Under the pieces are notes generated by a model that saw nothing but the letters and a program-made list of their open reading frames with translations, did not search any database and was not told the origin of the DNA. A stretch of 64,000 nt of DNA. Source: Spirochaetia bacterium (lineage in GTDB: Bacteria > Spirochaetota > Spirochaetia > CAKZLE01). Shown piece after piece: positions 37,678 through 46,731 of the stretch. Location: contig OY782041.1 of assembly GCA_963677595.1 (NCBI GenBank), positions 2,656,001-2,720,000 on the forward strand, written 5' to 3'. The position numbers were made by a program, and so were the translations under genes. The stretch's first letter is position 1; every line of letters starts with the position of its first letter.

Positions 37678-38546
37678 ATCAGCCTGTTCAGGATGTTGGA
37701 CTTCTTCTTCCACTTGGCCTGGGTCTTCACCCGGATGTCCAGGTGGATGTTATAGGGGAACAGGTGCTTGAGCTCCTTCTGGGCCTCTTTCCGGATCGCC
37801 TGGATCCCTGATCCCTTCTTCCCGACCACGATCCCGACCTGTGATTCCCGCTCGACGATGATGAAGGCCCTGATCCAGAGCTTCTCTTCCTTCTCATCGA
37901 GTTCCATATCCGCGATCTCGACATAGAGGGCGTGGGGGAGCTCCTGGCTCACCCGGTTCACTACCTTCTCCCGGATGATCTCGGCCGCCCTGAACTCAGG
38001 GGGCTGGTCGGTATAGAACTCCTCGGGGTAGAGCATCTCTCCCTCCGGGGCTTCTGAGAGGAGGGTGGTAAGCAGGGCATCGATCCCGTCTCTCGACACG
38101 GCTGATACGGGGAGGATCGCCCTGATCGACGGGTCGTAGGAGAGGAACTGCTCGACCCGGTCTACGCTGCTTCCCTCGACATCGGTCTTATTCGCCGCGA
38201 CGACCATGGGGACCTGTACCTCACGCAGGATGGAGAGGATCTTCTCCTCCTCCGGACCCGGGGCCCTGGTGGTGTCCACGACATAGAGGATCAGGTCCGA
38301 CTCGGAGAGCGAGCCCTGGGCGACCTCGACGAGGCGCTGGTTGAAGTCCTTGTCAGAGAGGTGGTAGCCCGGGGTGTCGATGAAGATCAGCTGGCCCCGT
38401 TCCTCGGTATAGATCCCCCGGATCGCGTTCCGCGTCGTCTGCGGGGACGGGGCGGTGATCGATACCTTCTCCCTGCAGATCGCATTGAGGAGGGTGGACT
38501 TGCCGGCAGAGGGCCTGCCTATGATGGATACTGTCGCGCATTTCAT
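37671..38546 (-). CDS. era: GTPase Era
   Basis: GRPSAGKS, QTTR, DTPG, NKTD; KH domain ELPH, VVGKKG. Confidence 0.97.
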   Translation of the reverse strand: MKCATVSIIGRPSAGKSTLLNAICREKVSITAPSPQTTRNAIRGIYTEERGQLIFIDTPGYHLSDKDFNQRLVEVAQGSLSESDLILYVVDTTRAPGPEEEKILSILREVQVPMVVAANKTDVEGSSVDRVEQFLSYDPSIRAILPVSAVSRDGIDALLTTLLSEAPEGEMLYPEEFYTDQPPEFRAAEIIREKVVNRVSQELPHALYVEIADMELDEKEEKLWIRAFIIVERESQVGIVVGKKGSGIQAIRKEAQKELKHLFPYNIHLDIRVKTQAKWKKKSNILNRLIY

Positions 38547-38659
38547 AGCGGTATTGTACCGATAATACTCCTGATGTGATACCCCCGCTGATTCATATCT
38601 TTTCTTTTCCCCTGAATATGAGTATACTTTCTAACCAGAAGACTAAGACGGAGTGATGC

Positions 38660-39235
38660 ATGGCCGAAGAAGAGAAAGAGAAGAAGGGGAACGAGAACCC
38701 TATCACCGAGAAACTGCTGGAAACACGATCTATCCTGATCTCAGGGGAGATCAACAAGGAACTCTCCGAGCGGGTTGTGAAGCAGCTGCTGCTGCTCGAG
38801 GCCGCAGGGGATGATCCCATCAAGATATTCATAGACTCGCCCGGAGGGGATGCTGATGCCGGCTATGCCGTGTTCGACATGGTGAGGTTCGTACGGCCGA
38901 GGGTCATTATGGTCGGGATGGGGCTGGTAGCCTCAGCCGCCGCACTCATCCTCCTGGCTGCACCAAAGGAGGACAGGATCGCCCTGCCTAACTCGAACTA
39001 CCTCATCCACCAGCCGCTGAGCACCATCAGGGGGGTCGCTACCGAGATCGAGATCCATGCGAAGCAGATCGAGAAGCTCAGGAAGAAGATCAACGTCCTG
39101 ATCAGCGAGGAGACCGGTACGGCCCTCGAACAGGTCGAGAAGGATACCGACCGCGACTGTTGGCTCGATGCGGAAGAGGCTGTCTCCTATGGCCTGGTCA
39201 CACGGGTCATCTCATCGAGGATGGAACTCGACTAG
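38660..39235 (+). CDS. clpP: ATP-dependent Clp protease proteolytic subunit
   Basis: IDSPGG, GLVASAA (Ser), IHQP (His), DTDRD (Asp). Confidence 0.95.
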   Translation: MAEEEKEKKGNENPITEKLLETRSILISGEINKELSERVVKQLLLLEAAGDDPIKIFIDSPGGDADAGYAVFDMVRFVRPRVIMVGMGLVASAAALILLAAPKEDRIALPNSNYLIHQPLSTIRGVATEIEIHAKQIEKLRKKINVLISEETGTALEQVEKDTDRDCWLDAEEAVSYGLVTRVISSRMELD

Positions 39236-39369
39236 TGCAGTACGTCCAGGATCGATGAACTGAACAGGGGGCACGGCAGGTACTGTCGTGCCTTTCGTCT
39301 TCAGGGCTTCCGCAGGGGCGGCAAACCGATGGTTGCCAATGCGGCCGTTGGGAGGGAGACTGCCATTAA

Positions 39370-41565
39370 ATGAGAACGAAATACCTTACCCGGGAAGAGA
39401 AGAAGGCAGGCCAGCTCCACTTCTCACGATTCCAGATGCTCAACGGCGCCGGCTACAACTTCCTCGGCGATACCATCGTATACCTCCTCGCTATCTACTA
39501 CGGGGCGACGAACATCCAGCTCGGCTATATCTCCTCGGCGGCCTTCATTATGGGGATTTTCCTCCCCGTGGTACCGAAACTGTTCCGGGGACGGAACCTT
39601 GTGAACGTCCAGGCCTTCGCCTGGTTCTTCCGGGGCTCGGTAGGCCTCGGCTACGGGGTCCTCTTCTTCCTCTCAGGCCAGACTGCTGTGTGGGTGATCC
39701 TGCTGCTCTATACCTTCTTCTGCCTCTTCCGGCTGACGGGGGTCGTCGTGATCAACCCCCTGCTCAACCATGTCTCCTCTACCCGGACCCGGGGGGAGGT
39801 GACGTCCCGGATGAACATCTCCTTCCAGTCAGTCTCGATCGTCGCTAAGGTCATCAGCACCCTCGTGATCTCCCTCCAGGCGTTATCGGGGGTGATCGGG
39901 CTCATCGCGATACAGTTCCTCGGCTTCATCGTGAACACCGTCTCGGTATTCGAGCTGAAGAAGGTCCCCTGCCGCGCTACCGTGGAGGTCGCCCGGGGAA
40001 GGAACCTGCGCACCATCTTCATGGAGGCTATGCGCAAGAAGCAGGAACGGACCGTCCTGCTCATCGTCTGGATCAATGTCTCCATGTTCGTCTTCATTGG
40101 CCTGATCATCCCCTTCCTGCGGAAGGAGTTCGGCCTCTCGAACAGCCTGGTCATGTTCTACTCAGTCCTGACCGGTATCGCCATGGTACTCGCGAGCATG
40201 TATGCGAAGGCGGTCGGGGACCGGCTGGGAAGCCGGCCCTTTCTCCTTATCGGCCACGCGGCCATGCTCGCCTGCCTGGTCAGCTGGATGCTCATCCCGA
40301 CGTCGGTCTCCTTCGTGATCGTCTACCTGCTCGGGTTCGCTTCCAACTTCTTCCTCTTCTCCAACAACCTCTTCATCAGCCGCCTGCTGCTGCTCCAGAT
40401 CCCCGAGGATGAGGGGGTCCTGTACAACACCATGAGCAACTTCGTGATCGCGATCATTTCGCTCGTCAGCGGCCTGCTCGGGGGCTACCTGATCGACCTC
40501 GGCACGAGCCTGCCGATCTCCAGGGTCACGGGCGGGCTCTCAAACAGCTACCTGCTGTTCTTCGCCCTTGCCGCTGTCGTGACCCTTAGCATGCTGCTGC
40601 TCTCCTACCGGCTCTCCGAACCGGGAGACGGCCCTCCCAGCTCATCGATTCGGCTGCTGTTCACCTACCAGGGGCTCAAAGCCTATGTCGATATCTCTCG
40701 GCTGGGGAAGATCAAGAACCCGCTGAAGAAGCAGACAGTCCTCCACTCCATCACCGACAATGCCAATGACATGGCTACCGAGGAGATCCGGCGGGTGCTC
40801 GCATCCCCGCTCTCACGGGAGAAATCGCCCGTGATACAGTCGTTGTTCCACCACAAGCGCTACTCCCTGGTGAAGCAGCTCATCGCCATCGCGACCGATC
40901 CTGATTCCTACCACCAGCTCGACGCGATCTTCGCGCTGGGAGCCTATGAGCGGGATGAGGTGAGGGAGACCCTGCTGAAGATCTACCAGGAGTATGAGAA
41001 CCCCCGGTACCGGTCCTCGGCCATCAAGGGGCTGAGCCGTATCGGGTATACCGGGCTCGCAGACGATGCGGTCCGGGAGATAACTGCCGGCCACCCCATC
41101 TGGATCCAGATGAACTACCTGATAGCCCTGCGGAACATGGACAGCTCAAAGCTCTTCAGCGAGGGCCTGTTCAACAACGTGAGGCTCGGGAAGTCGAAGA
41201 CCTACCGGCAGACGGTCTACTCGCTCTATGCCGATATGCTCGAGTATGAACCCTCCCTCTCTGATATCTACCGGGAGCGGAACATGAGGCAGGGGCAGGG
41301 GCTCAAGGAGTTCCTTGAGGACTCCCGGGATGCCCAGGGCGTCTATGACCGGTACGACGAGATACGGCTCTGGTTCCGGAACGGTGACTGGAAGGCAGTA
41401 GTCCTCTGGTGCGGGTCGGCCCTGCAGGGGAGGGCGTTCACCGGCTCAGATGAGAACCTGAGACGATCCGTCATGGGGGCGGGGGAGCTCGTGGGGTCAT
41501 TCGATTATGAAGACGCCCTTGCCTGCTTCTACTACACCTACCAGCTGCTGCGGGAACGGTCTTGA
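39370..41565 (+). CDS. MFS transporter with C-terminal HEAT-repeat-like domain
   Basis: About 12 TM segments with GDRLGSRP motif; helical tail with AIFALG and AIKGLSRIG. Confidence 0.8.
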   Translation: MRTKYLTREEKKAGQLHFSRFQMLNGAGYNFLGDTIVYLLAIYYGATNIQLGYISSAAFIMGIFLPVVPKLFRGRNLVNVQAFAWFFRGSVGLGYGVLFFLSGQTAVWVILLLYTFFCLFRLTGVVVINPLLNHVSSTRTRGEVTSRMNISFQSVSIVAKVISTLVISLQALSGVIGLIAIQFLGFIVNTVSVFELKKVPCRATVEVARGRNLRTIFMEAMRKKQERTVLLIVWINVSMFVFIGLIIPFLRKEFGLSNSLVMFYSVLTGIAMVLASMYAKAVGDRLGSRPFLLIGHAAMLACLVSWMLIPTSVSFVIVYLLGFASNFFLFSNNLFISRLLLLQIPEDEGVLYNTMSNFVIAIISLVSGLLGGYLIDLGTSLPISRVTGGLSNSYLLFFALAAVVTLSMLLLSYRLSEPGDGPPSSSIRLLFTYQGLKAYVDISRLGKIKNPLKKQTVLHSITDNANDMATEEIRRVLASPLSREKSPVIQSLFHHKRYSLVKQLIAIATDPDSYHQLDAIFALGAYERDEVRETLLKIYQEYENPRYRSSAIKGLSRIGYTGLADDAVREITAGHPIWIQMNYLIALRNMDSSKLFSEGLFNNVRLGKSKTYRQTVYSLYADMLEYEPSLSDIYRERNMRQGQGLKEFLEDSRDAQGVYDRYDEIRLWFRNGDWKAVVLWCGSALQGRAFTGSDENLRRSVMGAGELVGSFDYEDALACFYYTYQLLRERS

Positions 41566-41658
41566 TCTGATTACAGATCTTGGCTGAAATACACCTCTTG
41601 AGAAGTACATCTCTCGAGAAATAGAAGCATTCTCACCTTTTTCGCGTTTAGTATAGAT

Positions 41659-42639
41659 ATGAGACGATATGGATTATTTCTGATACTGGTGCCGGTCCTG
41701 CTGGCCGGCTGCGTGATCGGGGGCTGTGATAGCCGGGTTGAGAAGCTCACCGTCATGTCCTGGAATGTTGAGAACCTCTTTGACGGGGACGTCGACGGGA
41801 ATGAGTATCCCGAATACGATCCTGCCCGCTCGGACTGGGGATATGCTGACTACCATGCCCGGTTGACGGTCCTCTCCGGGATCATCACCTCGATCGAACC
41901 GGACATCCTCCTCCTGCAGGAGATCGAGGGGGGCGATGTCCTGCGGGACCTCTGTGAGAGGACCTCCCTCCGGTATTATGCTGTCAGTGACGATTCCCGT
42001 TCTGCCATACAGACGGGGATACTCAGCCGCTTTCCCGTCAGGGAGGTCACCACCCACCGTCCGTATGACGGGAGCCGGTCGATGCTCAAGGCGGCTATCG
42101 ACGTAGGGGGAGAGCGGGTAGCCCTGCTGAATGCCCATTGGAGATCGAGGCGGGACGGGGCTGCGGAGAGTGAACCGTACAGGCTGCGGGCGTCCGTGCT
42201 TGCGAACCTCGTGATCTCCGATGAGCTTGCTGCCCACCCCGGCACCCTGCTCATCCTCGGCGGCGACCTGAACACCTCCGTACAGGATGCCCCGGCAGCC
42301 CCGGCGGCGATCGGGCTCGCAGCCGATGCGCTCCCCACTGGCCGGCTCACCGTGACTGGTGATCCTTCACAGGTCACTGGGCCTGTCCTCTATGATTTCC
42401 GGCAGGGAGAGGATGACCCCTGCGGCTCTTACTGGTATGACGGGGCGTGGTATGCCTTCGACCACCTCCTCTGCAGTGAGGGGGCTTACGATGGGAGGGG
42501 ACTGGAATTCGAGTATGCGGGAGTATATATGAAAGATGCCCTCGCAGATCCTGCGGGGCATCCTCTTCGGTATGACCGGTATCGTAAGCGGGGGATCTCC
42601 GACCACTTCCCGGTGGTCATGAGACTCTCCTCTGACTAG
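41659..42639 (+). CDS. Endonuclease/exonuclease/phosphatase family lipoprotein
   Basis: LLAGC lipobox; SWNVENLFD, LQEIE, GDLN, FDH, SDHFPV. Confidence 0.92.
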   Translation: MRRYGLFLILVPVLLAGCVIGGCDSRVEKLTVMSWNVENLFDGDVDGNEYPEYDPARSDWGYADYHARLTVLSGIITSIEPDILLLQEIEGGDVLRDLCERTSLRYYAVSDDSRSAIQTGILSRFPVREVTTHRPYDGSRSMLKAAIDVGGERVALLNAHWRSRRDGAAESEPYRLRASVLANLVISDELAAHPGTLLILGGDLNTSVQDAPAAPAAIGLAADALPTGRLTVTGDPSQVTGPVLYDFRQGEDDPCGSYWYDGAWYAFDHLLCSEGAYDGRGLEFEYAGVYMKDALADPAGHPLRYDRYRKRGISDHFPVVMRLSSD

Positions 42640-43277
42640 ATCATCTGGTTCTCTGCTATGTTGAGTTCGTAGAAGATCTGCTCGAGCTCGAGGGCGATGT
42701 TCACGTTATGGATGATGAGATTCTTGTTGTCCTCATCCTTCAAGGGTTTCAGGCCGATCGGGGTGAAGTTGAGGAATCCTCTGACCCCGGCATTCACCAG
42801 TCTCCTGAACACTTCAGCAGCCTCCTGTTCGGGGACGGTGATGATCGCGACCTGGATGCCTTTCTCCGTGATGACCTGCTCGAGCTGGTCGAGCGGGTAG
42901 ATGGGGATCGGGCACTCGTGGTCGTCGCATACATGGGTGTTGATGTCGAACCCTGCCACGATCTGGATCCCGTCGCTGGCGAACCCGCGGTAGCGCATGA
43001 GGGCACCCCCGATACGGCCGCAGCCCACGATGACCGCCTCCTGTGACTTGTCCTTCCCGAGGATCGCATCGAGGCTCGCGATGAGGTTGTCGATCTCATA
43101 GCCCCCGCGCTTCTGGCCGATGATCTTCAATAGCGAGAAGTCTTTCCTCACGACCGTGGCATTGACCCCTGCGGCATCACCGAGATTGTTCGCGAACACC
43201 CGTTCGAGACCGAGTGATTTCAGTTTGTGCAGTATCCTGTAATATTTAGTGATTCGTATGATCATATCGCTGTGCAT
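42636..43277 (-). CDS. rex: Redox-sensing transcriptional repressor Rex
   Basis: VRKDFS, GYEI, VGCGRIGGAL, AIITVP, NFTP. Confidence 0.95.
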   Translation of the reverse strand: MHSDMIIRITKYYRILHKLKSLGLERVFANNLGDAAGVNATVVRKDFSLLKIIGQKRGGYEIDNLIASLDAILGKDKSQEAVIVGCGRIGGALMRYRGFASDGIQIVAGFDINTHVCDDHECPIPIYPLDQLEQVITEKGIQVAIITVPEQEAAEVFRRLVNAGVRGFLNFTPIGLKPLKDEDNKNLIIHNVNIALELEQIFYELNIAENQMI

Positions 43278-43293
43278 AATAACCGCCTTTGAT

Positions 43294-43311
43294 AAGTGAA
43301 AGTGTTCACAT
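43294..43311. promoter_or_regulatory. Rex operator in the rex/hnd divergent region
   Basis: AAGTGAA-AGTG-TTCACAT versus consensus TTGTGAA-N4-TTCACAA. Confidence 0.75.
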
Positions 43312-43442
43312 AAAACTATAATAAATAGTAAGAATAAAATCAACTAGTTTTTTTATATCAACTGAGAAGTTTTTTATTGAATAAATCAGGGAATTAATTT
43401 AAGATTGCCGAAACAATGACCTTTTTGGGATTCGGAGGTTCC

Positions 43443-43919
43443 ATGTCTGTTACAAACGATACTATCAAGTTTTCTGATGAACTCACCACGTTCATCATGG
43501 AGTGGAAAGAGAAACCCGGCAATCTGATCATGATCCTGCACAAGGTTCAAGAGGAATTCGGCTATATTCCTCGCGACGCTGCGGACAAGGTTGCCGAGAT
43601 GATCAGGGTACCCCTGGCGAAGATCTACGGGGTAATCACATTCTATCACTTCTTCAAGCTCACGAAGCCTGGCAAGTACAACATCCAGGTCTGTATGGGG
43701 ACTGCATGTTATCTGAAGGGTGGAGACGGACTCGTCGAGGAGATCGAGAGTCTTCTCGGGATCAAGACGAACGAAGTCACTGCTGATGGGAAGTTCTCCA
43801 TCGAGGCTGTTCGTTGTGTGGGATGCTGCGGGCTTGCCCCAGTGTTAGTCGTTGGTGAAGAGGTCTTCGGTAAAGTGACCAAGGACCAGCTTCCAGGGAT
43901 CATTTCCAAGTTCAACTGA
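43443..43919 (+). CDS. hndA: NuoE-like 2Fe-2S subunit of multimeric [FeFe]-hydrogenase
   Basis: VCMGTACYLKG, RCVGCCGLAP. Confidence 0.92.
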   Translation: MSVTNDTIKFSDELTTFIMEWKEKPGNLIMILHKVQEEFGYIPRDAADKVAEMIRVPLAKIYGVITFYHFFKLTKPGKYNIQVCMGTACYLKGGDGLVEEIESLLGIKTNEVTADGKFSIEAVRCVGCCGLAPVLVVGEEVFGKVTKDQLPGIISKFN

Positions 43920-43926
43920 TCGTCAT

Positions 43927-44496
43927 ATGCACGAGTCGATCTGTGACTTCCTGCTGGATATCATCCAGAATGCCGTCGAGGCTGATGCAGCCGTCGTGAC
44001 GGTGCATGTGCAGGATACCAGCGAGACGGTCTCCTGCAGGGTGACCGATGACGGGAAGGGCATGGATGAATCGGAACTCGAGCGGATTCGGGATCCGTTC
44101 TACACCGACGGGGTGAAGCATTCACACCGGAAGGTGGGGCTGGGTATCCCGTTCCTCGAACAGGCTGTGGACCAGGCCGGGGGGATCATGTCGATCACTT
44201 CGGTGAAGGGCAGCGGGACGGAGATCTACTTCTCCTTTCCTGCAGGCCATATAGACACACCGCCTATGGGGGACACCGCATCGACGTTCTTTGCTGCGAT
44301 GACGTATCCTGGGGATTCCGAGATGCATATAGATTACAGCATCGTTCGGGATTCCACCTCAGACGGGTATGAACTGCACAGGGGGGAGCTCATAGAGATC
44401 CTCGGGGACCTGACCATGAGTCAGTCGCTGCTCCTGCTGCGGGACTACATACAGTCGCAGGATGATGGACTGGGAATTGACCGGAAGGACCGGTAG
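43927..44496 (+). CDS. Stand-alone histidine-kinase-like ATPase (HATPase_c)
   Basis: DIIQNAVEA, DDGKGM, DPFYT, GLGIP, HIDTPPMGD; no HisKA domain. Confidence 0.88.
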   Translation: MHESICDFLLDIIQNAVEADAAVVTVHVQDTSETVSCRVTDDGKGMDESELERIRDPFYTDGVKHSHRKVGLGIPFLEQAVDQAGGIMSITSVKGSGTEIYFSFPAGHIDTPPMGDTASTFFAAMTYPGDSEMHIDYSIVRDSTSDGYELHRGELIEILGDLTMSQSLLLLRDYIQSQDDGLGIDRKDR

Positions 44497-44516
44497 AGAA
44501 GAAGGAGGCCAATCAA

Positions 44517-44918
44517 ATGGCAAAGATGACCCTGGAAGAGCTGAGAAAGCTTCGGGATGAGAAGAAGAAAGCGCTGAGCAAGCGTGATGTTGAAGGAAAG
44601 AATGCGCAGATCGTCGTAGGTATGGGAACCTGCGGGATCGCGGCCGGGGCAAAGGATGCCCTGGACGGGTTCCTGTCGGCGATCGATGAATTAGAGTTGG
44701 ATAACGTGGCGGTCACCCAGACCGGCTGCATGGGGCTCTGTTATGTGGAGCCAACCGTGGAGGTGATCGTTGAGGGCATGCCCAGCGTGATCTACGGGAA
44801 AGTAGATGGTGAAGTTGCTAAGAGGATCGTCAAGGAGCACATCGTGCACAAGCAGATGGTATCAGACCATGTGTTCGACCGACCGGCAGCCGATATCATC
44901 ACTGAGGGGGGCAGATAA
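44517..44918 (+). CDS. hndB: Thioredoxin-like 2Fe-2S ferredoxin subunit
   Basis: GMGTCGIAAGA, TGCMGLCYVEP. Confidence 0.9.
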   Translation: MAKMTLEELRKLRDEKKKALSKRDVEGKNAQIVVGMGTCGIAAGAKDALDGFLSAIDELELDNVAVTQTGCMGLCYVEPTVEVIVEGMPSVIYGKVDGEVAKRIVKEHIVHKQMVSDHVFDRPAADIITEGGR

Positions 44919-46705
44919 TGGCAATTAGAAACTACATACTTATCTGCGGCGGAACCGGATGTGAATCAGCCCGTGCAGATGACATCTACAAGAACCTGAT
45001 CGCCGAGAGCGAGCAGCAGGGCGTCGCTGAAGAGGTCCAGATCGTCAAGACCGGGTGTTTCGGGTTCTGTGAGCAGGGACCGATCGTCAAGATCCTCCCG
45101 GAGGACTCCTTCTATGTACAGGTGAAGCCTGAGGATGCGAAGGAGCTGATCAGCGAACACGTCATCAAGGGCAGGGAAGTCAAGCGACTCCTCTACAACA
45201 AGAACGAAAGCAAGAAACATGCACAGATCGAGGACATCGAGTTCTACCAGAAGCAGTTCAGGATCGTCCTGCGAAACTGCGGGTTCATCAACCCGGAGAA
45301 TATCGATGAGTATATCGCACGTGAAGGCTATGCCGCACTCGAGAAGGTGCTCTTCGAGATGACCCCGGATGACATCATCGGGGAACTCAAGACTGCCGGC
45401 ATCAGGGGCCGGGGCGGTGCAGGTTTCCCGACCTGGATGAAGTGGAACTTCACCAAGCAGGTCGAGGGCGATGTGAAGTACGTCGTCTGTAACGCTGACG
45501 AGGGAGACCCGGGTGCATACATGGACCGGTCGACCCTCGAGGGTGACCCGCACTCGATCCTCGAGGCCATGACCATCGCAGGGTATACCTGCGGTGCCCA
45601 GAAAGGGTTCATCTACATTCGTGCTGAGTACCCCCTTGCGATCAAGAGACTCGAGATCGCCATGGATCAGGCACGGGAATACGGACTGCTCGGCGAGGAC
45701 ATCCTCGGCAGCGGGTTCAGCTTCGATATCGAGATCCGTCTCGGTGCCGGCGCCTTCGTCTGCGGCGAGGAGACAGCACTCCTTGCATCAATCGAGGGTG
45801 AGCGTGGTATGCCGAGACCAAGGCCACCCTTCCCTGCAGTGAAGGGACTCTGGGGCAAACCGACGGTCATCAACAACGTCGAGACCTGGGCGAACATCCC
45901 GGTCATCATCCTCAAGGGCGGCGAATGGTTCTCCAAGATCGGTACCGAGGACTCAAAGGGTACCAAGGTATTCGCACTCACCGGTAAGATCAGGAACTCC
46001 GGTCTCGTCGAGGTCCCGATGGGAACCACCCTCCGTGAGATCATCTACGACATCGGCGGTGGTATCGCAAACAACAAGGAGTTCAAGGCTGTCCAGACCG
46101 GCGGTCCTTCCGGCGGTGTGATCACCAAGGATCACCTCGATACCCCGATCGACTACGGCTCACTCATGGGACTCGGATCGATGATGGGTTCAGGCGGTAT
46201 GATCGTCATGGACGAGGATGACTGTATCGTCGACGTGACGAAGTTCTACCTCGGGTTCTCAGTCGATGAGTCCTGCGGTAAGTGTTCCCCCTGCCGAATT
46301 GGTGGACGGACGCTCTACAACCTTCTCGACAAGATCACCAAGGGTGACGGCGAGATGGAAGACATCGAGAAGATGAAGGAGATCGGCGCAGCCATGAAGA
46401 AGGCTTCCCTCTGCGGACTCGGCCAGACGGCACCGAACCCGATCCTCTCGACGATCAAGTACTTCGAGAAGGAGTACCTTGCCCATATCAAGGACAAGCG
46501 ATGCCCGGCTGGGAAGTGTAAGGACCTTATCTCCTACAACATCCTCGCTGACAAGTGTATCGGCTGTACGGCATGTGCAAGGAAGTGTCCGGTTGGCGCG
46601 ATCGAAGGTGAGAGACGTCAACTCCATAGAATCGATCCGAAGCTCTGTATCAAGTGCGGCGTCTGCCTTGAGACATGTAAGTTCGGAGCAGTCTTCGTCC
46701 GTTAG
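44918..46705 (+). CDS. hndC: NuoF-like NAD(P)H/FMN-binding subunit
   Basis: GRGGAGFP, NADEGDPGAYMD, GAGAFVCGEETAL, ESCGKCSPCR, two C-terminal 4Fe-4S motifs. Confidence 0.95.
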   Translation: MAIRNYILICGGTGCESARADDIYKNLIAESEQQGVAEEVQIVKTGCFGFCEQGPIVKILPEDSFYVQVKPEDAKELISEHVIKGREVKRLLYNKNESKKHAQIEDIEFYQKQFRIVLRNCGFINPENIDEYIAREGYAALEKVLFEMTPDDIIGELKTAGIRGRGGAGFPTWMKWNFTKQVEGDVKYVVCNADEGDPGAYMDRSTLEGDPHSILEAMTIAGYTCGAQKGFIYIRAEYPLAIKRLEIAMDQAREYGLLGEDILGSGFSFDIEIRLGAGAFVCGEETALLASIEGERGMPRPRPPFPAVKGLWGKPTVINNVETWANIPVIILKGGEWFSKIGTEDSKGTKVFALTGKIRNSGLVEVPMGTTLREIIYDIGGGIANNKEFKAVQTGGPSGGVITKDHLDTPIDYGSLMGLGSMMGSGGMIVMDEDDCIVDVTKFYLGFSVDESCGKCSPCRIGGRTLYNLLDKITKGDGEMEDIEKMKEIGAAMKKASLCGLGQTAPNPILSTIKYFEKEYLAHIKDKRCPAGKCKDLISYNILADKCIGCTACARKCPVGAIEGERRQLHRIDPKLCIKCGVCLETCKFGAVFVR

Positions 46706-46731
46706 GGCGGGGCTGACCAAGGAGGAAACAG

